A stretch of DNA of 62,918 bases, counting the filler, from Phoronis australis (Eukaryota > Animalia > Phoronida): NCBI GenBank assembly GCA_002633005.1. It is 5 parts of 5 records of this genome, joined end to end, with 100 filler letters (N's around TTAATTAATTAA, not from the genome) between each part and the next. Parts side by side here need not be neighbours in the genome. Positions count along the whole stretch, not along the records: positions 1 to 26,775 come from NMRA01000005.1; 4 more parts are not named here. The stretch is one strand, 5' to 3'. Made by a program: the position numbers and the translations under genes. The notes beneath the pieces were generated by a model. It was given only the letters and a program-made list of their open reading frames with translations, ran no database searches and was not told the origin of the DNA. Below, in pieces: positions 1 through 13,020 of the stretch (positions are counted from its first letter, which is position 1; the number at the start of each line of letters is the position of its first letter).

Positions 1-476
1 CCCGCCGTATCACTGTATTTTATGGCCGCCATTCTACCTCTACAATTCCTGCCAACAGGCGCATTGTAATCCCTTGTCGGCGAGTCATAACAAGCGTCGA
101 AAGCAGTTGTGGGAAAAGTCATGTGAGAAGTTTGTGCTGCCCTTGTTTCGGTATGTGTGCCTACGTTTTGTAGGGTTTCCAAAAGACGAGGAGGGGAGGG
201 AAGTTAAAAAAGTTCTCTTCCCTGTCAGGTACATTTCTCATCATAACTTAGTCATCTGTAATTCCTCAATCCCCAAATTGAATTCCAGATTTTGTTTGCC
301 GATTTCTAAGTAGACGTCTCGTCCCGTTCACTGCCACTGGTGAACTCTGAATGCCTGCACAAGTATTGTTTTTTAACTCACGTGCCAAATGTCAACTCAC
401 TTGATACATCCCGGAGCGATGAATCGGCGCGGCTTTGTGTGATTTTGCATTTCACATCATAAAGAGTTCCATAGCA

Positions 477-636
477 ACTCGAGTATGAGTGTCAGATTTG
501 AGTACTTTTGGAGTCTACTCGAAATACGACATTAGATACGCTTTTTTGAGTACGACTCCAGTGAGCACGATTTTGAGTATGAAATCTCGAGTATGAGTAT
601 GAGTCTGAGTACGGAGATTGGAGACCGGGCCCGGGC
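477..636. repeat. GAGTAY-rich degenerate repeat, probably the end of a MITE
   Basis: Repeated CTCGAGTATGAGT/TGAGTAC motifs ending in GAGACCGGGCCCGGGCCC; no matching other end identified. Confidence 0.3.
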
Positions 637-2984
637 CCTGGTAGGCTTATAATCAATCCAAAGTCGCCAAGCACACATCTGAGCAACAAGTAAACAGTAG
701 GGAGTCGGAAATATTCGGCACTAAATCGAAAGGGCTCGTTTGTGACTCATGCACACACAAATCGTGTCCTAGGTCCGGGTTATAATCTTTTCACTCACAT
801 TGGAAATTGCTTTCAGCACTTTGCGTTCTACTTTCATACGAATTGAAAATAATTATCAGTTATTCTGTGTTTGAGAATATCATGGATTACGCAAACAAGA
901 GTAGTCAAAATTCGCACTTGGTGACCCCTAGATTTGAGCTAGACGTTAGCTAAGAATTTAAATTTTGAATTCCGGGTGCAAACTCGAACTCATAGCAAAT
1001 CCTGAGGTCCTCAGGTGCAAACTTGAAATACAGATTCATATGCATAAACCCTCATGCACGCAGCAACAGAATAATAGATACTTGGGAATTATCTCCCACG
1101 TACTCGCATTTGCCGAGTTGATGTTATCCTAAGCTTCGAACCCTGCGTATAAATTTATACTGAACCTGCAAATTAATCGGACTAACACGACCACAAATTT
1201 ACAACGTTTTAGTTAAAAGGATACTAAACCGGCGATTTCAACCAGTCTTCGTTCTGTCACCTGCTCATGCATCATTGGCGTCAAGTTGCCAAATTAAAGG
1301 CATGACTCTCCAAACTAAATCAACTAAAAACTCATGCTCCCTATGTCATAGATATTATGGTCCCTGCTGGGTGGTATTTTCCCACAGTTGCCATGTAATT
1401 GACCTATCGCTAGGCTTTTGACTGACGGCTTAACTAACCAATCAGAACGCAGCATTCTCGACACACCTTCGTCTGCGTTTCCAAGCCGCTATTTTACCCG
1501 ACAAACAATGTCGTTGTCGATAAAGCTTATTTTAGACTATAGCTCAAAAAATTGTGCGATAACTATGGCGAAACGGTATTGATATGGCGTGTGTAGTTTT
1601 GACTGCCATTATACAGCTAGAGAAGAATATCCCGTCAATTGTTGGGCATTCTCTAAGCCGAAAACTCTCGACTGTGTAAACGATGGATCAACCTGGGAAC
1701 GGCCGGCAAAAAGACACACGAGCAGCTAAACTTAACAATGTTACTGGATTACTCGAAGGTTAAACACAAATATATTTGTCCCAAGATACGTACTACTTTT
1801 CAGTTTGGTGGTTATACTGTAGACCTATCTGATTTTGACTCCGGAATTTCACTCGTGTGGAGGCCTCTGTCGCGGTATCAGCTGGATCCCAGCACTTAGT
1901 CTAGCGGTAATCCCCGGAAAATTGTTTTTAAGAACATATTTATTATTTTTTATTTCTTTCGACCTATAATGGACATCGTTCTGTTTTGTAGCACAGGTAC
2001 AGTTTTTGTTATTCATATAGACAAGGCTAGCGTTCAACTGAACTTCTCACCGAAATTGATAGATTCGATCGGCACATGCTGGGAGGGCACTATAAATTAC
2101 TGAGCTCAAAACTTCGTTCGAGCTGTTGTCACGAAAAAATAAACAGTTGAATTAGTTTTGTTGAGAACTTCTAGTATACAATACGCCTGTAGAGTTAAGG
2201 AGAGTTCATTTTGTAGTTGTTCAAACACGATACGGGGATTTATGAAGCTTTAAAAAATAATTTTAGTTATTTTTGTAAATGGCCACTTTTTGCCACTACA
2301 CCAGACTCGTCATCGTTTGTTACCATACCAAAACTTAATGATCAAGCTACGTTTAAAGTTAAATGCAAACTACCTTTATGCAATGAAAATACAAACAAAT
2401 ATAAAGCCTAACATAAATGTCTTTATGGTGCACTGAATTTCGGCCAATTCCATGCGTTAATTTGACTTTTGGTCAGAGCCCTGGACCTACCGGATATCGG
2501 CGAATATTCACTGATTTTTTTCGAAATATCCTGACACCTATGGCATCATACAGATAATTCGACTTTAAGGTAAATACCAGCTTTACATGAACGTATCGGA
2601 TCAGTGTTAGTTTTCAAGTGAAGGTGAATCCCGTGTGGGGTTCGGATTTTCTCTGGCTCTGAAATACTTTTCCTCGAACCCCTTTTTTCATCTTGCAGCT
2701 TTACAAATTCTCAAGTCATGAACCACCCCGGCCAACCCGCGATCGAGAACGCCCGGAAGGCGATCGAGAACCAGACCTTGCACCAAAAATGGCAGACGAC
2801 AGTCACGTAACCTATGAGTTTAACTGTCATTTTCTGCTTAAATCATGAGAGGCCACTTTGGTACGAATGTTACATGCAGAAAAGCTTCAGAGTGTAACCT
2901 TTGTTGTGGATCTGAAATAATACTTGGCTTTTGCTTATTTTTTAAACTAAAAAGCCCCGAAAGCAATTGCTTTCCGTAAAATGC

Positions 2985-4334
2985 CTTCTCTTCTCTTCTC
3001 TTCTAGGCGTTGTCCATCCACTGCAGGATGTAGCCCTCCGACAATGCCTTCCAACTTGTTCTGTCTCTTGCTGCTCTCATCCATGTTGTGCCTATCGTTT
3101 TCACGATGTCATCTCTCCATCTGGCTTGGGGCCGTCCTCTTGTTCTCTTTTCATATCTGGGTTTCCACTTTGTTTATATTTTTGTCCATCTGTTGTCCTG
3201 TGCGCTGGCCACGTGTCCGCCCCACCTCCAATTCAATTTCAGAATTGTCTTGATTATGTCCATGACTCTTGTTTGTTCTCTTATCTCTGTGTGTGGAATC
3301 CTGTCTAGTAATTTTATTCCAAGCATTTTTCTCTCCATTGCTCTCTGTATTGTTCTTAGCTTGGCAATTGTCAGTTTTGTTAAGGTCCATTTTTGGCATC
3401 CATAGGTGATTGTGGGGGTGATGCACTGGTCAAATACTTTTCTTTTCAGGGATATGGGTATTTTCTTATCTTGGAATATTTCTCTGTTTTTTCCAAAGCA
3501 ACTCCATGCAGCTGTTATTCGGATTTGTATTTCATTGGTCATACGGTTCACCATTTGTATACATTGTCCCAGGTATTTATATTGTGTGACTTTTTCAATG
3601 ATCTTGTTCTCCACCATTATTTGTTCATCTTTTTCAAAATTTGTCATGTACTTTGTCTTGTTCTTGCGTATCTTTAATCCCACATTGTTGCTTTCTTCAT
3701 TCAGTATATTTAAATTTGTTTCTAATTGTGTTATGTCTTTTGTGCACAAAGCAACATCATCTGCAAATCTTAGGTCTGTTACATGTTCTCCGTCTATGTT
3801 CACTCCCCTTTGAAGGTCTAAAGATTTGAAGATCTCTTCCATTGTCAGTGTAAACAGTTTAGGTGAAATTGGGTCTCCCTGTCGAACTCCTCTCTTTATG
3901 TTGAATCTTTCAGAGACGTGGTTGTCGATGTGTATTCTGGCGGTGGCATCTGTATATATATTTTGCAGCAGTTTTACATATGTTTCATTTATGTTGATGT
4001 TTTTTAGGGTTTCAATGATGGCAAAATGTTCAATTGAATCAAAAGCTTTTTCATAGTCTATGAAACCAACACACAGTGGCAGGTTAAATTCGTTACATTT
4101 TTCAATTGTTTGTCCAAGGGCTTGCAGATGGTCTGTTGTTGAGTAGCTCTTTCTAAACCCTGCTTGTTCTCGGGGTTGATTTTCATCTAGTTGTTTCTCC
4201 ATTCTATTTTGTAATAGCCTTGTGAATAGTTTGTATGTATGGGCTAATAAGCTTATGGGTCTATAGTTCTTTATATCACTTCGGTCTCCTTTTTTTAAAT
4301 AATATTATTATTTTTGCTTCTTTCCAGCATTCTG
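2985..4334 (-). mobile_element. RTE-clade LINE: 3' part of the reverse transcriptase ORF, disrupted, 5' end lost in the gap
   Basis: The ORF at 3174-4202 has the RT motifs QAGFR, FIDYEKAFDSI, GVRQGDPISP, LRFADD and YKYLG. NYRPISLL lies upstream, with a poly-A frameshift near 4290. After the premature TAA at 3174-3176 the frame continues RGRPQARWRDDI...YILQWMDNA to TAG at 3003-3005, followed by an (AAGAG)n tail. Confidence 0.93.
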
Positions 4335-4692
4335 NNNNNNNNNNNNNNNNNNNNNNNNNNNNNNNNNNNNNNNNNNNNNNNNNNNNNNNNNNNNNNNNNN
4401 NNNNNNNNNNNNNNNNNNNNNNNNNNNNNNNNNNNNNNNNNNNNNNNNNNNNNNNNNNNNNNNNNNNNNNNNNNNNNNNNNNNNNNNNNNNNNNNNNNNN
4501 NNNNNNNNNNNNNNNNNNNNNNNNNNNNNNNNNNNNNNNNNNNNNNNNNNNNNNNNNNNNNNNNNNNNNNNNNNNNNNNNNNNNNNNNNNNNNNNNNNNN
4601 NNNNNNNNNNNNNNNNNNNNNNNNNNNNNNNNNNNNNNNNNNNNNNNNNNNNNNNNNNNNNNNNNNNNNNNNNNNNNNNNNNNNNNNNNNNN

Positions 4693-4724
<32 letters not shown>
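4693..4724. repeat. (TG)n microsatellite at a gap edge
   Basis: Direct reading. Confidence 0.95.
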
Positions 4725-4726
<2 letters not shown>

Positions 4727-4907
4727 GTGGAGCCTCGTTCAGGAACTAAGAAATCGACTTAGTATGACCACATGACAATAAAATACAGTGACACTACAAC
4801 AAAGCAAGACCTTTACTAGCCCTGTGATTGACGAGTCGCATGCGTCAAGAGCTTTTTAATAATATAGTAAAACACAGCATATAGCATCGTGCTCAGGAAC
4901 CAAGTCG

Positions 4908-5067
4908 ATTCAGTGTCCTATCTGTGATCAACGTTTCACGGAAAGAGTAAGCCTGCTGCGACACTGCGTCACAGCACGAGGACACTCCTTTTTGTGGTGA
5001 ATGTGGCATGCCATGCAAACAGCATGCCTCCTTCTACAGGCATAGCAAGCAGAAACGTCATGAATGA
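4908..5067 (+). pseudogene. Degenerate tandem C2H2 zinc fingers inside the 2724-6974 element
   Basis: Manual translation gives IQCPICDQRFTERVSLLRHCVT, then a frameshift, then QHEDTPFCGECGMPCKQHASFYRHSKQKRHE*. Both fingers show C-x2-C-x12-H spacing. Not in the ORF track. Confidence 0.7.
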
Positions 5068-8000
5068 AATCATTAAGTCCAGTGCTGAACGTGGTAAGTC
5101 ACTATTTACAAAGTCTGGCTGGTAGTTGTCTGATCTGATAGTATTTTGACGTTTTGTTTTGAACCTTTTTTCCTCAAGTTTCTTTCTATATTTGTGTTGT
5201 TTCAAAAGGATCTTTAACAGAACAAGTACATTTTTGTAGTGTTTGGGTAGATTTAAATGGCCATACTAAGTGTCATTGGGCAATACTTGCATACAATTGT
5301 TCTGACCAATGAGTATTTTAAATGAAAATATATGTCTGTGATTATTATAGAAATTGCTTTCATATTGTTGTTGATTTCCTGTGAGAGACAGTTATATTAT
5401 CAATCAGTCCTAAATACATTGTCTATGATTCAGTGATGATTTAGTCTAATACATTCCAAAAGTAATTCTTTGGAAATGTTCAATGGATTTGTTATGTTAA
5501 TTTCCCTAAAGCAATAAATTTATATATTTTTGTAAGACTAATTTTGAGGTACGTGTGATAAAAGATTAATATTATAATACAAAAGCTATAATATTGATTT
5601 CCTGTGTAAATCACTACAGTGTGTAGTTGAAGTGACGTTAATGACAACATGTTGACTACGTTTTGAGAAAATCACAATATACATGTAGTATGTGTGTTAT
5701 AACTCTCAATCTTTTCCAATGTCACATTAAACTTGAGATCATGAACTGATGATGCAGGTGAACTTAGGACCAAGACTACAAAACAGAAGAGTCAAACACA
5801 ACGTACATTCAAGCCACACGGTGCCACAAGTCAATCTGTTCATCTCTGTATCGATGTTATCAGTAAAACATCAAGTAAAATCCCACCAGTTTACACAACT
5901 TCTGGCCAATTTTTTGATCGCAGACGTTAAACTTTATGATTGGGAATCTTTGAATCATTTCGTGAAGTGTTGTCGCACTCACCTCTCTCCCCATGGGCAA
6001 GCTCATCATCATTCTTTGACTTCACTGGCTATTTATTTTTTTCCTTTTGCTGTCACAATTTTACAAGAAGATTCTACACTCGCTTTCATCTCGGTGCTGC
6101 AACAATTTGTTTAGCTCGGGCTGACAAGCCGCATGGAACAACTCCTGGGTGAGTCTTCAGTTTAGAAACCCTTGTTTTCAGTGGTTTGGTCTAAAAGTAG
6201 ATGCCTGGCCTGTACTTTTCAAAACCCTAGTCGATTGTACCTTCACGTCGTGGGTAACGTGTTCGTTGAAGCTCTCCTCACATTAACAGTGAACTTGTTT
6301 CCTGAAATGAGAATAAGTTCGTTTGTGAAATTATGCTTGATGTACATGGAAATTTAATGGAAATAAAGCTATGTTGTTGTTCAGTTTTGATACTAAAGTA
6401 ACACAGTAACGACACAAAATGTGATTAATTCATTGCACCACTTTTACTTTGTAACCTTTTTCACGTTTTATAAGTAAAAAGTTCATTACAGTTCGACACA
6501 CCACAATGCGTTCCCGATCGCATAAACAAGCACAAATTTCCGTTCCCGATCGCTTATCGTTGCGTTCTCGATCGCATCTTTCAACAGAAAAACCTCGAAA
6601 AATCAGAGATCCTGACAAAACTACCAAAAACAAGCGTTTCACAAGTCATTTCTTTATAACTTCATGGTCAATTTATATTGATTTAGTGCCAAAAATAACG
6701 GCAATTTGCCAAAATGACATGCAAATCACCTTCGGCTTAAGCGATGTCTCGGTCAACTTAACTTTTCTCCTATAATTGGAAGAGAAACTAGCCTAGACTT
6801 GTACCTGCCCTTCCTAAATGTGTTACGCCTTGAAGTCATGTCTCTGTTTTCACATTGGAAGTAAAAACAACGAAAATTCATCAAATTTACTCACCTTGCC
6901 TGGCTTTGCTTCTGGCGCTAAATTTCATTCTCGATCGCTGTCCGGTCGTTCTCGATCGCGGGTTGGCCGGGGTGTGAACGTAATATTCTCAGCTGAAGAG
7001 TACCGCCTGTTGTCTTTGTCAAACCGTTTTCGTAAAGCGCAACAAACGCCCACCAATTCCACCAGGAATGTCGTTTAGCGACTGCGTATTTGCCTCTGAG
7101 TTCTTGCTTGTTTGTCGGGTGTCACGTGACTTTTCGCAAGGTGGCGGAGCTTGCGATAGGCCAATTCGTTAAAAGCGTAGGTTACGCATGCGCGTATAGC
7201 AGACTTTGAAAGGGGTTTTCAAATTTTTCTCCAAACTTTTCAGGATTGTCGATCGAGGGTTACAGAGCATTATTTTGTTTTATAGAACTGGAATGGGAAA
7301 GTCGTTTTTAGTATCTGTTAATAGGCCAAAACCGGATTTGGTATCTTTTTAATGCGTTTTACCTTGAATGCTTTTGTTTAAAAATACGTTCACACCGTTT
7401 TACAAATTTAACGGCAGCTGCCGACTGAAGTATCGCACGATGAACAGAGAGCATTGGATTCCAAGATAAACTATTACGTTACTTTTACTTTTACTTACAT
7501 GTACATGTATATTACTTACCAGTTTTCACAAAGTTGTAAGGCAGTAAACTTAAAAACAAGTTTTAAAAGTATACTTGTAATATGACCGGCAAACGTTACT
7601 TGAAGACTTAATCTTTCTTGTACCATTTAAGCATATTGACAATCGCATTTTGAAACAAAGTGTCATACGTAATTAACCAGAGATTCAATTTTTGAAAGTC
7701 ATTTCGAAATCGTTCAGCCAACTCTTCCGTTTCTTTCTCTCGGTAAGAATTTACCGACACTCCTGTTGCTGGTGAGCTTCTATGCCCACGGATGTGGCTC
7801 AGCTATTTGCGCTGTACATGCGTGTGGTACGGCAACCAGCCTTTGCCCAACGTTGCAGACCATAAATATTTCTATTTTCGTGATTGTGGCGAGAAAACTA
7901 CGTTCCACTGTTAAATAGTATGGATAACTGTACTCACCTGCCGTACCGTTATAGCGCTCATTTTGCTTGTCTGCTTAAGTAAGTCGAATTTCAAGGTCGC

Positions 8001-9238
8001 TTTTGAGGTACAAGTCAACGGAGAGTGAAAATCTAACACACTTTTGATCGAGCCCTGTTGTTTTTAAATTTACTTTTTTATTTTTGTATAACAAGTAAAA
8101 TTAAAAGTAAATATATATAACCTAGCCTACCTGATACTTTCCAAAGGACTTGGCGGCCTATTCGATTGTGCAAACGTGTTCAAAACTTTTGATTTACTAG
8201 GCTATCATTTGTGGCAAAGCCAAACTGCAGTTTCGACGCAGGTTTTAGTTCCTAGATTTCACAAAATCCTGAAAAAGATGCTAATGATGGAAAAAATCGC
8301 TTTCTTTAATTAGTTCCTTTGAACATGAGTATCTCTTTTTATCAGTAGTGAGTCAATGAGTTTCAGTGAGACAATTCTCAGCTCCGCCAGAGGCCGCATT
8401 GAATTTTGTCCGTTCGTGTAGCGCAGACATGTAAAATAAGAACAACACCACGAAGTTTTCTTTGGCGCACTTTTTTGTTTTTTCACTAGCTGCCATGCGA
8501 TGTCTCCCGGTCTCGTCTAGCGGTCATTTTAAACATATTTTGAGTTCTTGACCGAATAATTTGAACCTCAAGAAACACTAATATGTCTTAACAACCCTAA
8601 ATTCGATCGAGTCGAATGCGCTGTCAAGTAATTGTCTCGACATTGCACACGAGCTTGAGCGATAGGGTATCTGTACTGTCCAGGGATTTTCCGTCAAGGG
8701 ATTTTCTGTCCTTCACTTCCACACCACCTTCCGACTATATCCCACTTGTTGTGTGCACAGTATCACGTAAACAAAACGCCAGTCTCATAAGTGTCATCAT
8801 TCCAGTAACAAAGTTGTTTCGTTCACGCAGTACACATATTCATCAAAAGTTTCGACATGTCTGTGAAGTACTCACGGTCGTATGAGTCAAGCGAAAAACA
8901 GGGAAATGAAGTCTCATTTGCTTTCAACTCGCCAGCGGCGTTGCAAGAATACGTACTATAAATAAAATGTCTAAATAAAAATCTCACATAAAATGTCCAC
9001 ATAAGAACGTGGGTTGCTTATGACACACTGTCACTTATCGGGTGTCACATAAACTGTTTGCATTCAGTTTTAACTGAAAAGTTGTAAACAGAGTAATTTG
9101 AAAGGTCCGACTTTGGAATGTGATCCACTCTGTTGCAAAGGTCATGTGCCGGTTGTGCAAAAACAATTATATTTAAATATCTGACCGTGAAACGCCTTAC
9201 CTCAAAGTTGGACAAGCTGAGAAAAGGGTTAGAGAGTC

Positions 9239-11086
9239 CAGAGGCGGATCTACGGGGGGGGTTCAGGGGGTTTAAACCCCCCCCTCGGGCCAGGACCCAA
9301 AAATTAAAAAAACAAAAAACAAAACAAAAACGTCTCCAGCAAAACAAAAACGCCGGCACCGCCAGCGTGTGTAAACCCCAAGTAAACCAACCTGGAAAAA
9401 AATGAGGGGGGCGGGTTCACTCTGAAAATATATTTTTTGCATTGTGAATTGCTGTTATGAAAATCAACGCGTTTCGAGTCTTCGTGGCTCATCGACAAAA
9501 CCCCGGAGATCAATTGTGCGCGCGCTTCCGACGACACTTCTGAAGTAGCCAAGCATTTTAGATGGATCCACCGCTGAAAGAGCAGCTCTATAGCTGATTT
9601 CTTTAGATAACTAGCTTCTTTACTCTAAGATATGTTTTGATTTGATTAGGGAAATACTGTGGTGCCNNNNNNNNNNNNNNNNNNNNNNNNNNNNNNNNNN
9701 NNNNNNNNNNNNNNNNNNNNNNNNNNNNNNNNNNNNNNNNNNNNNNNNNNNNNNNNNNNNNNNNNNNNNNNNNNNNNNNNNNNNNNNNNNNNNNNNNNNN
9801 NNNNNNNNNNNNNNNNNNNNNNNNNNNNNNNNNNNNNNNNNNNNNNNNNNNNNNNNNNNNNNNNNNNNNNNNNNNNNNNNNNNNNNNNNNNNNNNNNNNN
9901 NNNNNNNNNNNNNNNNNNNNNNNNNNNNNNNNNNNNNNNNNNNNNNNNNNNNNNNNNNNNNNNNNNNNNNNNNNNNNNNNNNNNNNNNNNNNNNNNNNNN
10001 NNNNNNNNNNNNNNNNNNNNNNNNNNNNNNNNNNNNNNNNNNNNNNNNNNNNNNNNNNNNNNNNNNNNNNNNNNNNNNNNNNNNNNNNNNNNNNNNNNNN
10101 NNNNNNNNNNNNNNNNNNNNNNNNNNNNNNNNNNNNNNNNNNNNNNNNNNNNNNNNNNNNNNNNNNNNNNNNNNNNNNNNNNNNNNNNNNNNNNNNNNNN
10201 NNNNNNNNNNNNNNNNNNNNNNNNNNNNNNNNNNNNNNNNNNNNNNNNNNNNNNNNNNNNNNNNNNNNNNNNNNNNNNNNNNNNNNNNNNNNNNNNNNNN
10301 NNNNNNNNNNNNNNNNNNNNNNNNNNNNNNNNNNNNNNNNNNNNNNNNNNNNNNNNNNNNNNNNNNNNNNNNNNNNNNNNNNNNNNNNNNNNNNNNNNNN
10401 NNNNNNNNNNNNNNNNNNNNNNNNNNNNNNNNNNNNNNNNNNNNNNNNNNNNNNNNNNNNNNNNNNNNNNNNNNNNNNNNNNNNNNNNNNNNNNNNNNNN
10501 NNNNNNNNNNNNNNNNNNNNNNNNNNNNNNNNNNNNNNNNNNACAGAACACATGTTTATTTCCAGACTAACAGTACAGGTCTTCGTTCTTAAACAACTTG
10601 AGGCTGCTGTTACGCGATCATCTGTTATTCAATGTTTTACTCCCCGTCGGGTGCTCCTTATGCTCTTGAATATTTGGTAGTTGTCTAACCCCCCACACAC
10701 ACCACACTTTTTCATATACGACTTTTCGTATGCTAAAAAGGTGTGTATAAGCAGATGTTCCAACAAAAATTTTTGCTGGTGGCGTAATTCATACCCAGAT
10801 GTGCACAAATATGATTTCACGAAACTTGTGAGCCACGTTCATGCGACGAAATCGAGAAGGGTTTTAAATTATCTTAAGAAAAACTCAAGAGACATGTTAT
10901 TAGTGCCAGAAACTTACCAGGATGCATGGAAATTTCACTATTTGGCTACAAAAACAAAAAAATGGTCTTACACGGAGGGGGGTTTCCCCCCTCCCGACCT
11001 CCCCCCTCTCGGCGCCACGTGCCTCGGATTCGACCTTTGCGGGAATCCTAAACCCCCCCCTTACTGAAAACGTAGATCCGCCCCTG
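9239..11086. mobile_element. hAT-like MITE family with CAGRGGCGGATCTA termini (spans a gap, so may be two copies)
   Basis: CAGAGGCGGATCTACG at 9239 and CGTAGATCCGCCCCTG ending at 11086. Flanks are AGAGTC and AGAGTT. The 3' part is homologous to about 38335-38421. Confidence 0.6.
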
Positions 11087-12659
11087 AGAGTTGTTCATTA
11101 CCATATGATGCCATCAGTTTAATGAATTTAACTGTGTAAGGGAACTGTTAGGTATTCTACTATTTCATCTGACGACTGCGGACAACAATGTACCGAAGCC
11201 ATGCCGAGCCTTCTAAGGGAATGTTATTACTCGCCTTTAGACGCCATACAAATCGTTCTTTGAAGATGCGAGATAGCGCGGCAACAATTTAGTTAACTGA
11301 ATGTGAGACTAATCTAAATTGAATTAATTGTTATTCCAAAATAAATCAAAGCGGATTGAGACAAGACGACTCGAGGAGATCCCTTCATAAATAAGTCAAA
11401 CGGTTCAGGCAAAAGATCATGTTTATCTTTCGAAATAGACTGCGACACAGAAGAGAAAAACGTTCTTTAACAATGCAGAAAAACATAGAATAGTAGAGGA
11501 AACGACACCAGCTAACTGCTGGCGACGACGATATTGCAGATGTTTTTGATGTGATCAGCCACAAAGATTAAATAAACGGCAGTCGGCACTATGAATCGCT
11601 CAAAAAAGGCTTCATTCCTTGACATTTTATAGTATGTACGCTTCCCTAAACTACATTTGTGACCGTCAGCGCTGGCCATTTTACCTTGACGAAAAATACA
11701 TACAATTTTTTTTAAATTTTCATACTTTGTATTTTAGTCTTTGCCTGCTATAAATTTGAAAAAAACACGTACGGTCAGAATCTCTTGGTTCAAAATCACA
11801 TCTATAAAATGTGAAATTAACATGGGATTCTGAAAAGTCACCTTTAATTAAATTGATGATTGATCTTTTTTAATTAATTCCGTTGCACTATGTCAATTTG
11901 ATGTGATTTTCTTACGTCGGCACAAGTAAGTTTTTCCTGGGTTTTGAGTACCTCAAGTTTCAGCGTTTTTGGATTCTACACAGTTACCTCTAATTTTTTC
12001 TTCTTTTATGTCTTATTTTGATGCTCATCGTGTTTCTATGACGTTAGAGGTAAAATAGGGGAGGGGTCACCGAGTTTGTTTTTGAGCTGCCTTAGCTCAA
12101 ACAGCGTCACCTAATAATGCGAACTAAGTTCAAGACCACAATACCCCCGCTGCATATCACTAGGTAGAGATTATATTATGTTGTTGGGATCATGAAATGA
12201 GCTTGTTTGATGTAAACAATCTAAGACAAGAAGTTTTTTTAATCAATTTAAACTCGCAGTTTGAATAAAGTTGCACCCACTGTCTACATCTGGGTTTGCC
12301 TATTATTCAGTATGACGTCATTGTGAAATTTGATGTCGCTATTATTTAAAACTACAGCCACAAAAAGTCAACGCCAAGGCAACATTCTTCAAATTAAAGA
12401 AACAATTATTTCAAATAAAAAATTGTATTCATGTTTCATGAGTCAGTCATTTTCGCAAAACAACGACTGCTTTACAGCATTTTGACAAACTTTGTCGATC
12501 ACAGTAAGTGTAACGCTGCGCTGTTCACGAGATTTATTGTTATTATGTATGTATGTATAACTATGTCTGTTAGCAGAGACTTAATAACAAAAAATAAACG
12601 AAAATGCTACAGTCATTCAGCTAAATTAAGCAAATTATTAGTTTAGGTTTGACTGTAAA

Positions 12660-13020
12660 GTCATATTAGGAGCAGGTTAAGATGTCATGTTAGAAGCAGG
12701 TTAAAACCGATACGTCACAAGAAGGTTACAGTGTCATGATAGAAGTAGGTTACAATGCCATGTTAGAAGCAGGTTACAACTGACATGTTAAAAGAAGGTT
12801 ACAGTGCCATGCTAGAAGCAGGTTACAATGTCATGTTAGACGCAGGTGTCAATACATTGTCAAAAAGGTTACAATATCATGTTAAAAGAAGGATACAATG
12901 TCATCTTGAAGCAGGTTACCATGCCATTTAGAAACAGATTATCATGTCATGTTAGAGACAGGTTACAAAGTCAAGTTTGAAGCAGGTTAAAAAGTAATTA
13001 TTAGAAGCTGGTTACAATGT
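12660..13020. repeat. ~24-bp minisatellite, ~15 degenerate copies
   Basis: Unit is approximately GTCATGTTAGAAGCAGGTTACAAT. Confidence 0.9.

Larger units (their letters stand above)
2724..6974. mobile_element. Non-autonomous TIR DNA transposon with CAC...GTG ends and 5-bp TSD (Transib- or hAT5-like; superfamily uncertain)
   Basis: 47-bp TIR CACCCCGGCCAACCCGCGATCGAGAACG..., first 28 bp identical, 3 mismatches overall. TGAAC is duplicated at 2719-2723 and 6975-6979. TCYCGATCGC subterminal repeats lie near 6511-6576. Confidence 0.85.

Noticed and set aside
9603-10592. Long ORFs in the track here and at 4235-4775 and 48841-49905
   Set aside because: They consist of N-gap translation only.
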